The notes: generated by a model not told the origin, from the letters alone. A stretch of DNA of 62,995 bases, filler included, from Stramenopiles sp. TOSAG23-3 (GCA_900128585.1; 36 parts of 36 records of this genome joined end to end with filler, not necessarily neighbours in it), one strand, 5' to 3'; shown: positions 1 through 12,348, counted from the whole stretch's first letter. Translations and numbers: made by a program.

Positions 1-2
1 AT

Positions 3-1343
3 CGCAGCTGCCATTTCCATTACTGGGAGGAAAGCCGTCGGTCGATATGCAATCGGTACGATGCCACCCTGCAACATTTCTTTAACGAGGTCTTCTTCCT
101 GATGAGTCATGTCAATGAAAATTTGGTTTGCAAATGGGGCGACATTGGTGGCCAATGCAAGACGTTGCAAGTGCTGAGAGTAAAAATTCGAGACGCCAAT
201 TTCTCGACACAACCCGTCCATTTTCAGGCGTTGCATGTTTTTCCATGCGCTGTCTATGTTGACATCGAAGAACTCCCAAGTGCACTCTTTCGCAAGACTC
301 TCCCCTGACAAATCGGCTGTTCCCGGCCCGGGCCAGTGTATTAGTAGCAAATTCACGTACTCCATACTCAGCTGAGCAAGGTGCTGCTTCACCCTATCTT
401 TAAGTGCTTGGTATCCTTCGCAAGGCAGGCCCTTCAGCTTGGTTGTTATGTGCAATGACTCTCGTGTTACTTTTCCTGACCCAATTGCATCCCCAAACGC
501 TTTTCCGACGTGAACAGTGCTTTCGTAAATTTCTGCGCAGTCAAACTTACGGAAACCCGCGTTTAACGCCGTCGTCGTCGCTGCCGTCATCACCGCCGCT
601 GGGTCCTCCGAGTATTTGCCATCAACGTACTCCATCGTCCCGAACCCGATGCTCGGAAACATTTTCTCGATGGTCCCGGCTTTTTGCTGGACGTTGAAAG
701 AAGCGCAGTAATCGGAAAAGGACGGGAAAATTACTGCTCTTGTCAGCACGGCCTTCAGTGCCTTTTCATTCTCCCGAATTTCCTTTTCCTTGTACTGCAC
801 CCCTGACCGGATAAGAACGACGTTCGTCGCACTGTTCTTGTGCAAAACGCTCGCCACATGATCGACCCCATCGTCCACGAACGTCTTCGCTTGAACCAAA
901 TCGCAAAACCACGCTTTGCTACCTAGAACGGAGAGTGTGTACCGGTTTAAATGGGCTGCTTTACCCCTTTCAAAAATAAGAACCCCAAATTTAATTTGCC
1001 GGCTCTTGATTCGACTCATAATATCCTTCTGCGCAACTGCTCGCAGGTGCGAAAAGCGACCAACGTAAGAACAACAGACGTGACTCTTGTACTTTTCAGG
1101 GTTCTCAAAAAGCTGCAAATCTGGCGAAACTGTGTCCAAAACTCCGTGGCAATCAAACACCACTTCTACTGGCGTCCCGCCCATCTCTTCCTTCAGTTTC
1201 TCTGCAAACGCTTCTTGTTGACAGAATTTGTAAGTCGCACAAGTTTGACCGTCCCCCATGATCAGTGTAACCATGTCGCTGGATGACGCCACTGCGCCCT
1301 CTACATCTTTTGCTTTTGACATTTCTTCTCCCGGTATATTCAT
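3..1343 (-). CDS. HAD-like domain fused to aldo-keto reductase (3'-partial; absent from ORF track)
   Basis: Hand translation from ATG 1343 stays open to the window edge. N-half: VVFDCHGVLD ... SKAWFCDLVQAKTFVDDG (HAD motifs I, III, IV-like). From nt 662: MFPSIGFGT, ALNAGFRKFDCAEIY, RESLHITTKL, YVNLLLIHWP, REIGVSNF, ANQI (AKR catalytic D/Y/K/H). Confidence 0.88.
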   Translation of the reverse strand, partial: MNIPGEEMSKAKDVEGAVASSSDMVTLIMGDGQTCATYKFCQQEAFAEKLKEEMGGTPVEVVFDCHGVLDTVSPDLQLFENPEKYKSHVCCSYVGRFSHLRAVAQKDIMSRIKSRQIKFGVLIFERGKAAHLNRYTLSVLGSKAWFCDLVQAKTFVDDGVDHVASVLHKNSATNVVLIRSGVQYKEKEIRENEKALKAVLTRAVIFPSFSDYCASFNVQQKAGTIEKMFPSIGFGTMEYVDGKYSEDPAAVMTAATTTALNAGFRKFDCAEIYESTVHVGKAFGDAIGSGKVTRESLHITTKLKGLPCEGYQALKDRVKQHLAQLSMEYVNLLLIHWPGPGTADLSGESLAKECTWEFFDVNIDSAWKNMQRLKMDGLCREIGVSNFYSQHLQRLALATNVAPFANQIFIDMTHQEEDLVKEMLQGGIVPIAYRPTAFLPVMEMAAA

Positions 1344-1666
1344 GTACAAAAGAATATATTTATCAATTGGTTTATAAAAAGTTGAGTATTCAATTAATTA
1401 AAAGGCTGGAAGAATGAAAAGTAATTGACAATCCAATTAGTTTTAAGAAATAGTCCATTTATATATAGTATCGTACAATATATATAGACACTAATATATC
1501 CAAATTGGAAAGAGCAAGCTTCTGTGGGGGGTGGTATAATATTATACCCGTATGGTATTAATACGATAATGGTGGTGGGGGTTCGAGGAGGGGAAGAATC
1601 TAATAAAATAAAGTTCTTTTTTCTTCCTGTTGTGTTGTTGTGTTTTGTTTTTTTATTTATTTTATT

Positions 1667-1766
1667 NNNNNNNNNNNNNNNNNNNNNNNNNNNNNNNNNN
1701 NNNNNNNNNNTTAATTAATTAANNNNNNNNNNNNNNNNNNNNNNNNNNNNNNNNNNNNNNNNNNNN
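1667..1766. other. Artificial contig-joining linker (first of 35)
   Basis: N44-TTAATTAATTAA-N44 with stops in all six frames. It recurs at 3432, 5197, 6961, 8725, 10487, 12249, 14010, 15771, 17532, 19292, 21050, 22808, 24564, 26320, 28075, 29830, 31582, 33333, 35084, 36835, 38585, 40334, 42083, 43831, 45577, 47322, 49066, 50809, 52552, 54295, 56037, 57777, 59517 and 61257. Intervening contigs shrink monotonically from 1666 to 1639 nt. Confidence 0.99.
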
Positions 1767-3430
1767 ACAACCCCGTTTTCGTGCATGTAACTCAGCCCCT
1801 CGCAAACATCATCGACCAATGCCAGCTTCTCTTTAAGTCTAAAAATTGAATTTAGTTCTTTTTCCTTGTATTCGGAAAGAGACCTGTACGCTTTCCCCAG
1901 GGTCTCAAACACCACATACCCAGAGTCAAGCATTCCATTGTTCGTTGCGTGCAGAAAATTGATCAAATTCGGGTGGGATAATGCTTGCAACTCATCGATC
2001 TCTTTGGCAGCACTATCGATATTTTTCTTTATCTTTTTAGCCTTCTTTCCAAGGCGGTACTTCAACGGGATCAAGAGTACATTCCCGACATCGAGCAACG
2101 CGCCTTTCGTGTAACCTGCACTCGTCACGACTTCAGGGTAGGATGGTGTCAGCTTGTCACCGTCCACAAACCATTTTTCTCGTCTCTTGAAGACCTCGTC
2201 CAAACTGCCGTTTGCGATAGAAAAACTTTTCGATCCATTTCTCTCCAAAGCTAACTCTTTTTGGTATATTGAAGTATGCGGAGAATTTTTTGCTTTAATA
2301 TCCGACAGTGCCACATTGAGCTTTTTGCACAATTGTTTTGCTTTTGGCCGTTTCTGAATATCTTTCGACCAGCAGAGTTCCGCAATGTTTCGCACAGGGT
2401 CCATGTCTGGCAATTTATCTTTGCATGTCCACTTTGGCCGGAGGTTGTTTTTCGCAACTTCTATGGACAATTGGAACTGGTTCATATCTGTTACATGGGA
2501 AAACGGAGGGCTTCTTGTAATAATTTCATTGACGATCAAACCGTACGAAAAGATATCACCATGGGTATCGTAACTTCCACCCAAAATTACTTCGGGTGGC
2601 AACCAAGACATGGTCCCTTTTGCACCAGCCAGGGCTCCAGGGTTGTTTGAAACATTATCGCCAACGTCCTCTGTGTTCCTGAACGAGCCGCTTGCCTTTT
2701 TCTTCTTCCTCTTCTCGCTATCTGCTATGAATGACAGCCCGAAATCTGCTATTTTTGCAACAAAATTACTATCGACTAGAACATTCTGCGTCTTCATGTC
2801 ACTGTGGGCAATCCCTTTTGAGTGCAGGTATTCTAGCCCAAGGGCAATGTGAAGGCAAAAGTCCCCAAGCTGCATTTGGCTAAACACGTTGCCCGGGTCA
2901 TTTAGCACGCCTTCAAGGTCTCCCCTTTCCATAAAGTCTGTTACGATGCATTTGGACTCAATTATCGCTCCGACAAACTGAACCAGGTGCTTGTGCCTCA
3001 GGTCTACAAGTTGGGCAAACTCTGCCATAAATTCCTCGCTCTTTATGGCGGTCGAATCAAATTGCTTGATAGCGACCTGGGTAGAGCCCAAATGGCCCAG
3101 AAAAACTTGTCCAAAGGCGCCCTTGCCGATCAGTTGCTTCAACTCTACATCGTCTGCTGCAATTCTCCAGGCACTGGATTTGGCATTCATAATTTTTTTC
3201 ACGTACCGTTCCCTAAGCAAAAACGAAACGAACATAACGGCACTAATGATAACGACTACGATCAAAGTAATTATTAGTATCTCGTTTCCATCGCTGGCCG
3301 GGCCCACGTCGGATTCATCTACATATGTGATGGGCAACCCCGCCCACCGGTCACTTTCCAAAACATGCAGCCCCATGGCTTGGGTCCATCGCGCCAGCCT
3401 GATTGGGCCCGTCTGACCACCGACCAGAAC
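1767..3430 (-). CDS. Receptor-like TKL protein kinase with a second, degenerate kinase domain (both ends partial)
   Basis: TM helix ILIITLIVVVIISAVMFVSFLL, then GKGAFG, VAIK, HSDMKTQN, DFG, WLPPE. A second domain (EIDELQALSHPNLINF ... VCEGLSYMHENGV) lacks the Gly loop and VAIK. Confidence 0.92.
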
Positions 3431-3532
3431 ANNNNNNNNNNNNNNNNNNNNNNNNNNNNNNNNNNNNNNNNNNNNTTAATTAATTAANNNNNNNNNNNNN
3501 NNNNNNNNNNNNNNNNNNNNNNNNNNNNNNNG

Positions 3533-3859
3533 CTGGACACGACCCTCTGCAAGTGCGTCCCCTTGGACGCCACCCCGGCCAAGAAAGACACCGCCGCCCT
3601 CAAGGGCGCCCAAGACGAGCAGAAGAAGGCTGCCGCCAAGCTCAAGGCCGTTCAGAAAGCCCAGCAGGCCCTTGCCGCCGGGAACATGGCCCGTGGGGCG
3701 ACCGCGGACTTGGCCAGGGCCAACGCCAAGGCCGCCCAGGCCGCCGCGCGGAGCGCCGACGAGCTCGCCGAAGTAGAGAAAACGAACGACCAGGCGAAAA
3801 TGCTGGCCTCCGCAGTAGAGAACGTCGAGAGAATTCAAAAGAACGATGCGCGGAGCTAA
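3533..3859 (+). CDS. C-terminal fragment of an Ala/Lys-rich coiled-coil protein (5'-partial)
   Basis: Open from the contig edge with GC3-rich codons, ends at TAA before AT-rich DNA. Confidence 0.7.
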   Translation: MDTTLCKCVPLDATPAKKDTAALKGAQDEQKKAAAKLKAVQKAQQALAAGNMARGATADLARANAKAAQAAARSADELAEVEKTNDQAKMLASAVENVERIQKNDARS

Positions 3860-4019
3860 GGTAGCATTTTGTACACGTATAGTAGTTGTTGTAGTAGTAG
3901 TCTAGTGTTTCTTTAAGTTAACGAGACGGGGGAAGAAGAAGTTAGGTTGTAGTATTGACGTATTGACGACTCCATCGTAAATCGTAAATGAAGAAGAATT
4001 ATATGTGTTCACCACCCCC

Positions 4020-4259
4020 TCACCCGTACAGGTTGTCCAACTCTCGCATGTCGTCAAGCGTACATATGAGTTGGCGCAGTGGAACCGGGTGATCGAACGG
4101 TTCGCTACTGTCCAAGCAGTCTATTATATTGTCCGCCGACGCCGTCGGTACCACGCGCCGAGCCCGCATGGTTCCCCCGGACCCTCCTCGCCACTGTCGT
4201 CGTATCATGGAAAAATTATACAACCCCTGGTTCACAAAAAGTGATCGACCATCGCTCAT
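4020..4259 (-). CDS. Small DUF4050 / Gag1-like clamp domain protein
   Basis: FVNQGLYNFSMIRRQW ... SSEPFDHPVPLRQLICTLDDMRELDNLYG matches the recalled family pattern FVNxGL..W...RxxW ... PFxxPVPLxxxVxxLxDxWExxGLY. It is a GC-richer island in AT-rich DNA. Confidence 0.7.
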   Translation of the reverse strand: MSDGRSLFVNQGLYNFSMIRRQWRGGSGGTMRARRVVPTASADNIIDCLDSSEPFDHPVPLRQLICTLDDMRELDNLYG

Positions 4260-4939
4260 GCTACAACAAACGGACCGGGCAGTCGATCGAATACAGATCT
4301 GGTTTAAATTGACCTACCGATCTACCATTCTTAAAGCCAATCTATTTTACAGTCCTATTGGTTAGGTAAAAAAAGAAACATTAGTTTTTTTAAAGTTGAA
4401 GTAAGAGAAGCAAAAGCAAAGCAAGTCGTTTGAATGAAACATAATCTTCTTCTTCTTCTCAAATAATAATAAAATAATAATAACGAACTAAGGAGGAGCT
4501 AAAAGGAGGAGGAGGAAGAAGAAGAAGTAGGCGCGCGTCGCCTCTTTTTTTTCAGTTAGAAATTTTAAATGTAATGTGATATATTTTAACAAGTCCAATG
4601 AACTAAAATTTGATTCTATTATAATTATAGAATGATTGTTTCTTTTCTTGTTTGACCAATAATGTACAGAATGTACTTTGTATTTTTTTGAAAAAATCGG
4701 AGATGGTGGTGGATTTTTGTATTTTTTCCGTTTTACAAGAAGAAAGAAAGAAAGTTTATTCGTTTCTTTTTGTTTTCCTACTTAATTGGGTGTACGTATG
4801 CGACTGTATGGTTTGAAGAAATGCATTTTAAAAAGTACCGAAACACACTGTTATATTGACTTCTTTTTCTTTTCAATTATTAAAGGCTGCAGTGACCTTG
4901 TTGTACTTTTTGTATTGTACCTGTCTTGAACACAACAGA

Positions 4940-5196
4940 ATGCCGAAGCGTGGTGGGAAAGAAGAAGAGAAAGTTGCGGAAGAGGAGGGGGGCGAGGCGG
5001 AACAGGAAATCGTGTACGATGTTGACCATGTCGACTACGGGAAGTCGTGCAGTCGTATATTCTCATCCCTTTATATAAAACAAATTCTTGAATACTGTCG
5101 CCCACGCCAGAAAGTTCGGCTGGGGATGGTGAGTAAACGGTGGCTTGGAATGGTGGACACTATGCCGAACAAACACCAAAGCGCGCTGGAGGCAAC
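4940..5196 (+). CDS. Putative F-box protein N-terminus (3'-partial)
   Basis: ATG after AT-rich upstream DNA. IKQILEYCRPRQKVRLGMVSKRWLGMV resembles the F-box consensus. Confidence 0.6.
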
Positions 5197-5296
5197 NNNN
5201 NNNNNNNNNNNNNNNNNNNNNNNNNNNNNNNNNNNNNNNNTTAATTAATTAANNNNNNNNNNNNNNNNNNNNNNNNNNNNNNNNNNNNNNNNNNNN

Positions 5297-6959
5297 TCTG
5301 GAGCGCTTCCTCCAGGTTCTCGCCCCGCCGCCGCTCCGCCTCGAGCGCTTCACGCATGGCGTCCGGCTTCATCTTTATACGGGCGATCGCCTCTTCGATC
5401 TTCTTTCGCATCTGCATCTTGTACCTTCGGCCGATCTCTCCCTCGAGGCGGGTCCGCATCTGCTTCTCCGCCTTGCCCTGGAACTCGCGCCGGAGCTTCT
5501 TCCGCAGCGCGACTTCGATCGAGGCCCGAATCTCGTTCTCCATCGCCTTCTTCATGTCCGCGATCCGGCGCTCCTCGGCCTTCAGGTCCACCCTCTTGCC
5601 CGGGGACCCCCCGCCGGTCAGGTGCTCCTCCGCGTTCTCGTGGATGTCCTCCAGGTGCAGCTGAAGCTTAGCGTGCTCGCCCGAGAGGCGCTTCCCGTGC
5701 TTGGCGATGCGCATCTCCTCGGCCTCGTCGATTGCGGCGGGGCCGCTGTTCATCGCCTGGTCGAAGAGGGCCTTCGCGCTTGTCTCCTCCGCCGCCGTCC
5801 CCTTGCCCTTGCCCGACCCGCCGCCCGGGGCCCCCTGGTTCTTGTGCAAGCTCTTCAGGACCTTCAGCGCCGACTTTACCTTGGAGAACACCTTCGAGGA
5901 GTGCTCCTGCTTCTTTTCCTCGTGGTGGACCTGCTTCATCTTCATCGTCCTCACCGTCTCCTCCAGGGCGTCGAGCTGGAGCTCGATGGAGTTCTTCTCC
6001 GTTCTCAAGTTCGCGGTCTCGTCCGCGAGGTTCTGGACCTCGTTCTCCAACTTCTTCTTCTGCCGAACCGCGTTTTCCTTCGCGCGAACGGCATCCTCAA
6101 CCTTCGCCACGGCGCTCGCCGCCTCTTGCTTCGACTTTGTGATCTGCCGCTGGAGCGCCTCCACCTCGTCCTTGTGGATCCGGTCCAGCTCCTTGGCCTG
6201 GGCGATCCGGCGCTGGAGGCCCGCCGCCGCGTCCGCGTTCTCCGCCAGGACGGTCTCCATTTCCGTGCACTTGATCTGTATCTCGTCGCGCTCCTTTAAG
6301 AGCCCTTCGTACAGCGCCTTTCCGTCCCGCACGTCCCGCTTTGCCGTCGCCAGCGAACGCTTCAAGTCTCGCACAGCCTCCTCCAGCTTCCCCTCGCGCT
6401 TGGCCCCGTCCGCGATGGCGGTCTCGTACGCGCCGACCTTCTTCCGCATCTTGTCGAAGTCCGCCATGTCCTTCTCGAACTGGTACTTCAGCTTCGCGTT
6501 CTCCTTCTGGGCCCGCTTCGTCTCCGACTTGGAGTCGTTCAGCATCTTGGTCAGCACCCCGTTCCTCGACCGAAGCTTCTGCTCCATCGCCACGGCGTCC
6601 TCCTGTATCTCTATCGTTCTCTGTTCTAAAACTTCCATCTCCTCCCGCTGGCGCGCTTCCATCTCCTCCCGCTGCTTCTCAAAAATGTGCTCGCACCGCT
6701 TCAGCACGTCGTCCCCGACGCAGTCCCCGGCGTTTCGAGCGGCGTCCACCTTTGCCTCGCAGACCCCTTTCAGCCATTTTGTGTGCGCCCGGTTGTCCGA
6801 CTGCTGCCGCTCCAGGCAGTTCTGGAGCTCCCCGGCCGCGCTCTCCGTCATGTCGTTGACGGCCACGCGCTGGCCGTTCGACTTTTGCTTCAGCGAGTCC
6901 CAGACCAGCTTCGAGACCAGGTCGTTGTGAAGCTCCAGCTGGGCGAGCAGCTGGGTCGA
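5297..6959 (-). CDS. Long coiled-coil protein (both ends partial)
   Basis: Whole contig is open, with E/K/R/A-rich heptads and strongly GC3-biased codons. Confidence 0.85.
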
Positions 6960-7060
6960 CNNNNNNNNNNNNNNNNNNNNNNNNNNNNNNNNNNNNNNNN
7001 NNNNTTAATTAATTAANNNNNNNNNNNNNNNNNNNNNNNNNNNNNNNNNNNNNNNNNNNN

Positions 7061-8723
7061 TCAAATCAACTTCTTCCTCCTCGTCGCTGCCGGTCTGGAA
7101 TACCCCATGCAGCGTATACCCGTCCCGAACGTAATGTTCAGGGACACTGTCGAGCCATCGACGGATAAGCAGCCCCATGTCACAGAGTAAGAGCGGGGCC
7201 CACACGTCGACCAAAAACAGGCCTACAAATACGAAGAACATCAGCGCAGATAGAGACTCCGAGTAAGGCCTTCCCACGATTCGATTTGCCGAAGAGTATG
7301 CAACCCAAGTCCAAATCCCAAAGGCAAAGTCCACCAGTTTCCCATATGTCATGCCTTTTAACCATGCTTTTTCGTATATGATCATTGGCTCGAACTCCGA
7401 TTTCCAGCATCGGTAGAAAGGAAACATGCAGGCGGCTGTGTCCATGTTCTTGTATATTGATCCGACGACTAGGGTGCTGGTGATGGCTTTCACAAAGAGT
7501 AGCACCATCAACGACATACCGTGCATATTTCTCGAAAATTGCGGCGTCCATGAATATTCACTGATGGCGCAAATGGCGCAGAACAGCAGCAAGAAGGACC
7601 CCGCAATATGAAGCCACAGGAGTGCCACTACGCGAGAAAAAATTTCTGACCGTTCGTCCGCGTAAAACAGTTTCCCGCAACTGGGCAAACAAAATCGAGC
7701 TCGTCGCAGTCCTTTCTTAATGTACGGGCGAGATTTCTCAGCGTAGATGTTTACAAGTTCTTTCCCTCGCTTAGTGTGCTCGTCCATTTTTTGAAGCCTA
7801 GCAGACAAACGTGACGATTTCGGTATCGATCCATCCGATCCAGGCCCAAACGGTTTGGGCCGGTCCCCGCGGGCAGTCTCCAGCTCCGTACGCAACCGCT
7901 CGATCTCTTCTTTCAAATGTGCCGTCGGTGATGGAGCAGCACTAGCCGCGGCTGCATAAGAGCCTTGCATTTTACGGCGACCGGGAACTCGAGGAGGTTT
8001 GCTTGGAGCCACTTCTTCCTCCTCCGACGAAGAATTTTCGCTCGAGTCGCCATCCTCTTCGCTTGAGCTGTCACTGCCCGAACTTTCCTTTTCCTCAAAG
8101 TTCCGCGCTGGAAGTACAGGGGCAGGCTCTTCCTCTTCTTCCTTGCTAAAGGTTTCGACGGTGGACGGCTCTTCAATGAACTTATCGTTGCTCGTCTTTT
8201 CTTCGTACGAAATGCTGTCTGCGGCTTCATCGGTATAGTTCAACAAGTGTTTTCCATGGTGCTGTCCCTCCGGTACATCTTTCGCAACCAAATTTTCGGG
8301 TGTTTGCGGGATGGTCTCAGGTGGATCTTCGAGATGTGGGGGAGGAAAATTCGGAAGGACTACCTTCTCCGAATCCTTCAGGGGGGCAGTATTCTCATTG
8401 CGCGGCGGCTCCCTCCGTTTGACGTTTCCCATGAATGCCTCCATCCCCGGCGTCATATTATTTTTCTTCGAAAAGCTGGTTCCAGTTTTGGTTGGGCTAG
8501 CAAAGGACGAGATAATTTCAAGGTCTTCTTTGTCCTGAATTTTTGAGCTATACAAGTCTGACCCAGGAAATTTTAACTGTTTTCCGAGCTGGCCCTGAAG
8601 AGCCTTTAACTTACTACTCTTTTTGCGCCCACGACGTTTCGATGATTTCGGGGCACGGTTCTTGGGAGACGCCGTGCTTTCCTTTCCTCCTGCACCACCA
8701 CCTCCGCTGCCGCCTAAAAATGT
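7061..8723 (-). CDS. Hypothetical membrane protein: acidic disordered N-part and about 4 C-terminal TM helices (both ends partial)
   Basis: Frame open across the contig. Hydrophobic segments VVALLWLHIAGSFLLLFCAICAI, MSLMVLLFVKAITSTLVVGSIY, LVDFAFGIWTWVAY, ALMFFVFVGLFLVDVWAPLLL. Confidence 0.8.
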
Positions 8724-8944
8724 ANNNNNNNNNNNNNNNNNNNNNNNNNNNNNNNNNNNNNNNNNNNNTTAATTAATTAANNNNNNNNNNNNNNNNNNNN
8801 NNNNNNNNNNNNNNNNNNNNNNNNTTAAATATTATTATTATTACCGTAATACCAAGAGCTGTATTTTACCTAATAATAACCAACGGGACTCCTCATAATT
8901 ATTATTGAACAACAAAAAAAAAGAAGAAGTGGAAGAACAAGAAA

Positions 8945-8979
8945 GTGTGTGTGTGTGTATGTGTGTGTGTGTGTGTGTG
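8945..8979. repeat. (GT)n microsatellite
   Basis: Directly visible gtgtgt tract. Confidence 0.9.
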
Positions 8980-9370
8980 ACCTTTCTAACTGTAAATAGT
9001 CGTTCGATTTATTATGACATGCATTGTTGTACAAACAATTTGAATGTATATAGATAGATATAGATTGACAAAGTGTCCGTGCACACAATATATAGAGAAA
9101 AAATATTCACAGAAAATTGTATAATATATATATAGACGGTGGAAGAAAGAACCGTTGAATGTAATTGTAGTTTCGTTCTTGTAGTCCCTACCTACATAGA
9201 CGGGCGTTTCCTTTGTTTCTGACCGAACTGGCCGTTTAGGTTACGGTTCAGAGTGGGCGTGCTTGTGTGAAGTGAACGTATCGAAGGCTTTTTGGCGTGT
9301 GGCTGCGGGCCGTGGTGGTCAAAGTTCACCTTGGGGGCAACCTTGTTTTTCGGCGCAGCGTGGGGGAAAG

Positions 9371-10486
9371 ATGTTGAACTGCACTTCGGAACGATTTACT
9401 GACGTGGCAAAGACGGCAAGCATGGCCCCTGGCCCAGGGCAGTTTGCGTCGCCGGTCCCGTTAGGTAGGAAAAAGAAGTACGCCATGCAAAGCAAAAGTG
9501 CGAAGGAAATGCGTGTGTACTCCTCGGCGATGAACCCGATTCACGCGCGAAAACCGACGTTTGGGGCCTCGTCGCGGGACGACAAGTCCCCGTGGAGCTA
9601 CTTGGCTGCCGCAGCGTCGAAGGGGGACGGGATGCCCGGGCCGTTGAGGTACAAGCCCATGTTGGTCGCCGTGACAAAGGGTGGAAAGCACGGGACCTTC
9701 GACGACGTGCACTACACGGAGGCGAAACCCACCATAGCGCCCGGGCCGACGACGATATCGGAACGGTTCCCGGAAAAGTCGCAGATTATTAAAGAGCCAG
9801 GAGCATACCTTGGACACTCGGACCCGGCAACGGGGTGCTTCGGCTCAAACTCCATGCGAAAGTCCAAGTTCCACGTGAACAAGAAGAGGTCCAGCACGTT
9901 CGGAACGTCGAGGAGGTTTGTGAGAAAATTTAGCAGCCGGGCCGGGCTGGGGCCCTCCAGGCAGAAGAAGCGGTCGGGGAGGAGGAAGGGCGTGGACTTC
10001 GCCCCCCCCTCCGGTTCTTCGTCGGACTTGTTGAGCACCATAAAGGCGATGAAGGACGAAGCAAAGCGGTGGGTGTCGCACGAAGAGAACGTTGCCCTGT
10101 ACGGCCCGTCGCCGAAACGGAAGTCCACGTTCGTCCCGAAGAAACGTCGGGAGATGCTCAAGTCCAGCACGTCCCAGCCCTCCTTTTGCGCCCCAGGCTT
10201 CGGGACCAGCCGGAGGTTCGACTCGGAGAAAGGGACCGAAGAGGCGTTTCACAAGTGGATGCCGGGTCCTGGGTTCCACCAGAAAGTCAACACTGGGGCG
10301 AGGAGGAAGAAGAAGGGGGGGAAGAAGCTCGGCTTGGCGGTCCCAAAGTTCGCTGACAAGGAGGACACCTTGGACGACGTCATACAGCGGAGCAGCAAGT
10401 ACATTAGAAAGAAGGGCACCTTCGGGGGCGCGACAAGGGAGCCCATGTCCAAACTCCTGCAAAGGTGGGGGTTGGGGCTAGAAGTC
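9371..10486 (+). CDS. SHIPPO / sperm-tail PG-rich repeat (ODF3-like) ciliary protein (3'-partial)
   Basis: Repeated PGPG/PGP motifs interspersed with FGTSRRF, TFGASSR, TFGGATR. First ATG used as start. Confidence 0.75.
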
Positions 10487-10586
10487 NNNNNNNNNNNNNN
10501 NNNNNNNNNNNNNNNNNNNNNNNNNNNNNNTTAATTAATTAANNNNNNNNNNNNNNNNNNNNNNNNNNNNNNNNNNNNNNNNNNNN

Positions 10587-10954
10587 CCATACTCTACTAT
10601 CTTAACAGTGCCGTTTGGGGCCCTGGTTGCAGCTCCGATGGCTTTCGATACCAACGTGCGTACTACGTCGTCGCTGTCCTTGACCAAGTCATACAGGGCC
10701 TTTATTAGCCCGGCGGCGAGGAAGGAGACCGCAAACTCTGGCATCTTCACTTGGTCGCAAAATGCACGGAGTGCGCTACGTCGCACAGCAGCGTCCGCGT
10801 GCCCTAATTTTTTTACCAGTACCGGCCCATTGTTTGCACCAAAAGCCAGGGTAATCTTCTCGTCAGGGAGTGGCTTTTCGTTGGCCGCACTTGCACAACG
10901 AAAGAGATGCTCGTCGGACGCATACGTTATAAAAGCGCTTTGTTTCGTGTTCAT
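10587..10954 (-). CDS. RSPH14: Radial spoke head protein 14 (RTDR1) homolog, ARM repeats (3'-partial)
   Basis: KITLAFGANNGPVLVKKLGHADAAVRRSALRAFCD...AAGLIKALYDLVKDSDDVVR fits the recalled RSPH14 N-terminus (AYG..ALPKL..EL...D...RQKAL..LCD). Confidence 0.75.
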
Positions 10955-12348
10955 ATTTCACGGTTCGCTCGTTCAACACTTGTCTTTCTTGGCGACTGTC
11001 TATGAATCGTTCTCAGTACAATTTCCACCGGCTGAATAATAGCAAACAGTAACTGTTCGATGATACAATAAAAATCTTTGAACTATAACTAATTCCTTCA
11101 ATCGAATATGATTTGGCGATTACAGTCTTTCACAAATCACAAATTACTATAAAGTGTGTACCAACTTGGTAATGAATATTACGAAGCACTACCTTCTTAT
11201 ATATACTACTACCTTTTTAGTAGAGACGACACCAATGGTATTATTATACTCTGAAATAATACGTAGACTACTACAAAATCAAGCAAAACAAAATGATGAT
11301 GATGAATGATGCAACGGTTAAATACAAAATACGAATACGAAGAGTGACATTCTAGACTATTATCTCATACTCGTACTCGTATTTATTGTACCGTACGAAG
11401 AGAAGGGTCCTCGTAGAAGCGAGTAGTGTGAAACGGTTTTTACAATACTAATTATATATACTTTAAATATTCCTATCAAATATTAACCCTAATCTATAAC
11501 ATTAACTACAGGGAATACGTATTCTCTATATCGTCTAGACGACTATCTAGTCTATCTACATAGAGCCATAGAGTCATAGAGTGCCGCCTCCTATCCTATA
11601 GTGGTATTTATCATTTATTATAATATTATTATTTTGTGGTGAATGAAATGAATATATAGGAGTACGAGGTAGACGACTAGAATATAGAATATCCATCCTG
11701 AAGGATTTTGGCTAGGCTTGGCGCTTGGCTTGGGCGAAAGAGAACGAAATAGCTCACGTTGATTTATTAAGGTATATACATATTTATTTAAAATTATTAA
11801 GATTATGATTAAATAACATTTAAACAAGTAGTATTATAATAAATATTCAACAACATTTTTACTCTAAACTTTAAAAACCAAATACCTTAATTTTGATGAC
11901 GGACTGATTTTATTTGGAATCTAAAAAAGACGAACAACCCGGAGGAGAAGGGAGAGTTGTTTTTATTAACTAGACGACTACAGTATTAAGGCTCACTAAA
12001 CTAGGAGGTATATCTTTCTAATAAAAAAATAATTTTATTTTTAATTGTTGTGATATATTAATATTATACTACTGTAAACTGTATACTAATATTAATATAA
12101 AATAATAAAAAAATATAAAAAAATAATAATAATAAAGGCTACTACTGTACTAAAATACACCATGCATCATATATATCCTCCTCCTCCTCCTCCTCCACAC
12201 ACACCAACAAAAAAAAAAAAAAAAAAAAAAAAAAAACAACAAGAAAAANNNNNNNNNNNNNNNNNNNNNNNNNNNNNNNNNNNNNNNNNNNNTTAATTAA
12301 TTAANNNNNNNNNNNNNNNNNNNNNNNNNNNNNNNNNNNNNNNNNNNN

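Noticed and set aside
5356-7016. Long plus-strand ORFs opposite the coiled-coil gene (similar shadows at 12971-13900, 19982-20779, 23163-23939)
   Set aside because: These are antisense or frame shadows expected from GC3-rich or low-complexity coding DNA and have no recognisable motifs.
11040-12248. Long AT-rich stretch ending in a poly-A run
   Set aside because: Low-complexity intergenic DNA upstream of the RSPH14-like gene, with no ORF, RNA gene or retroposon hallmarks I can support.
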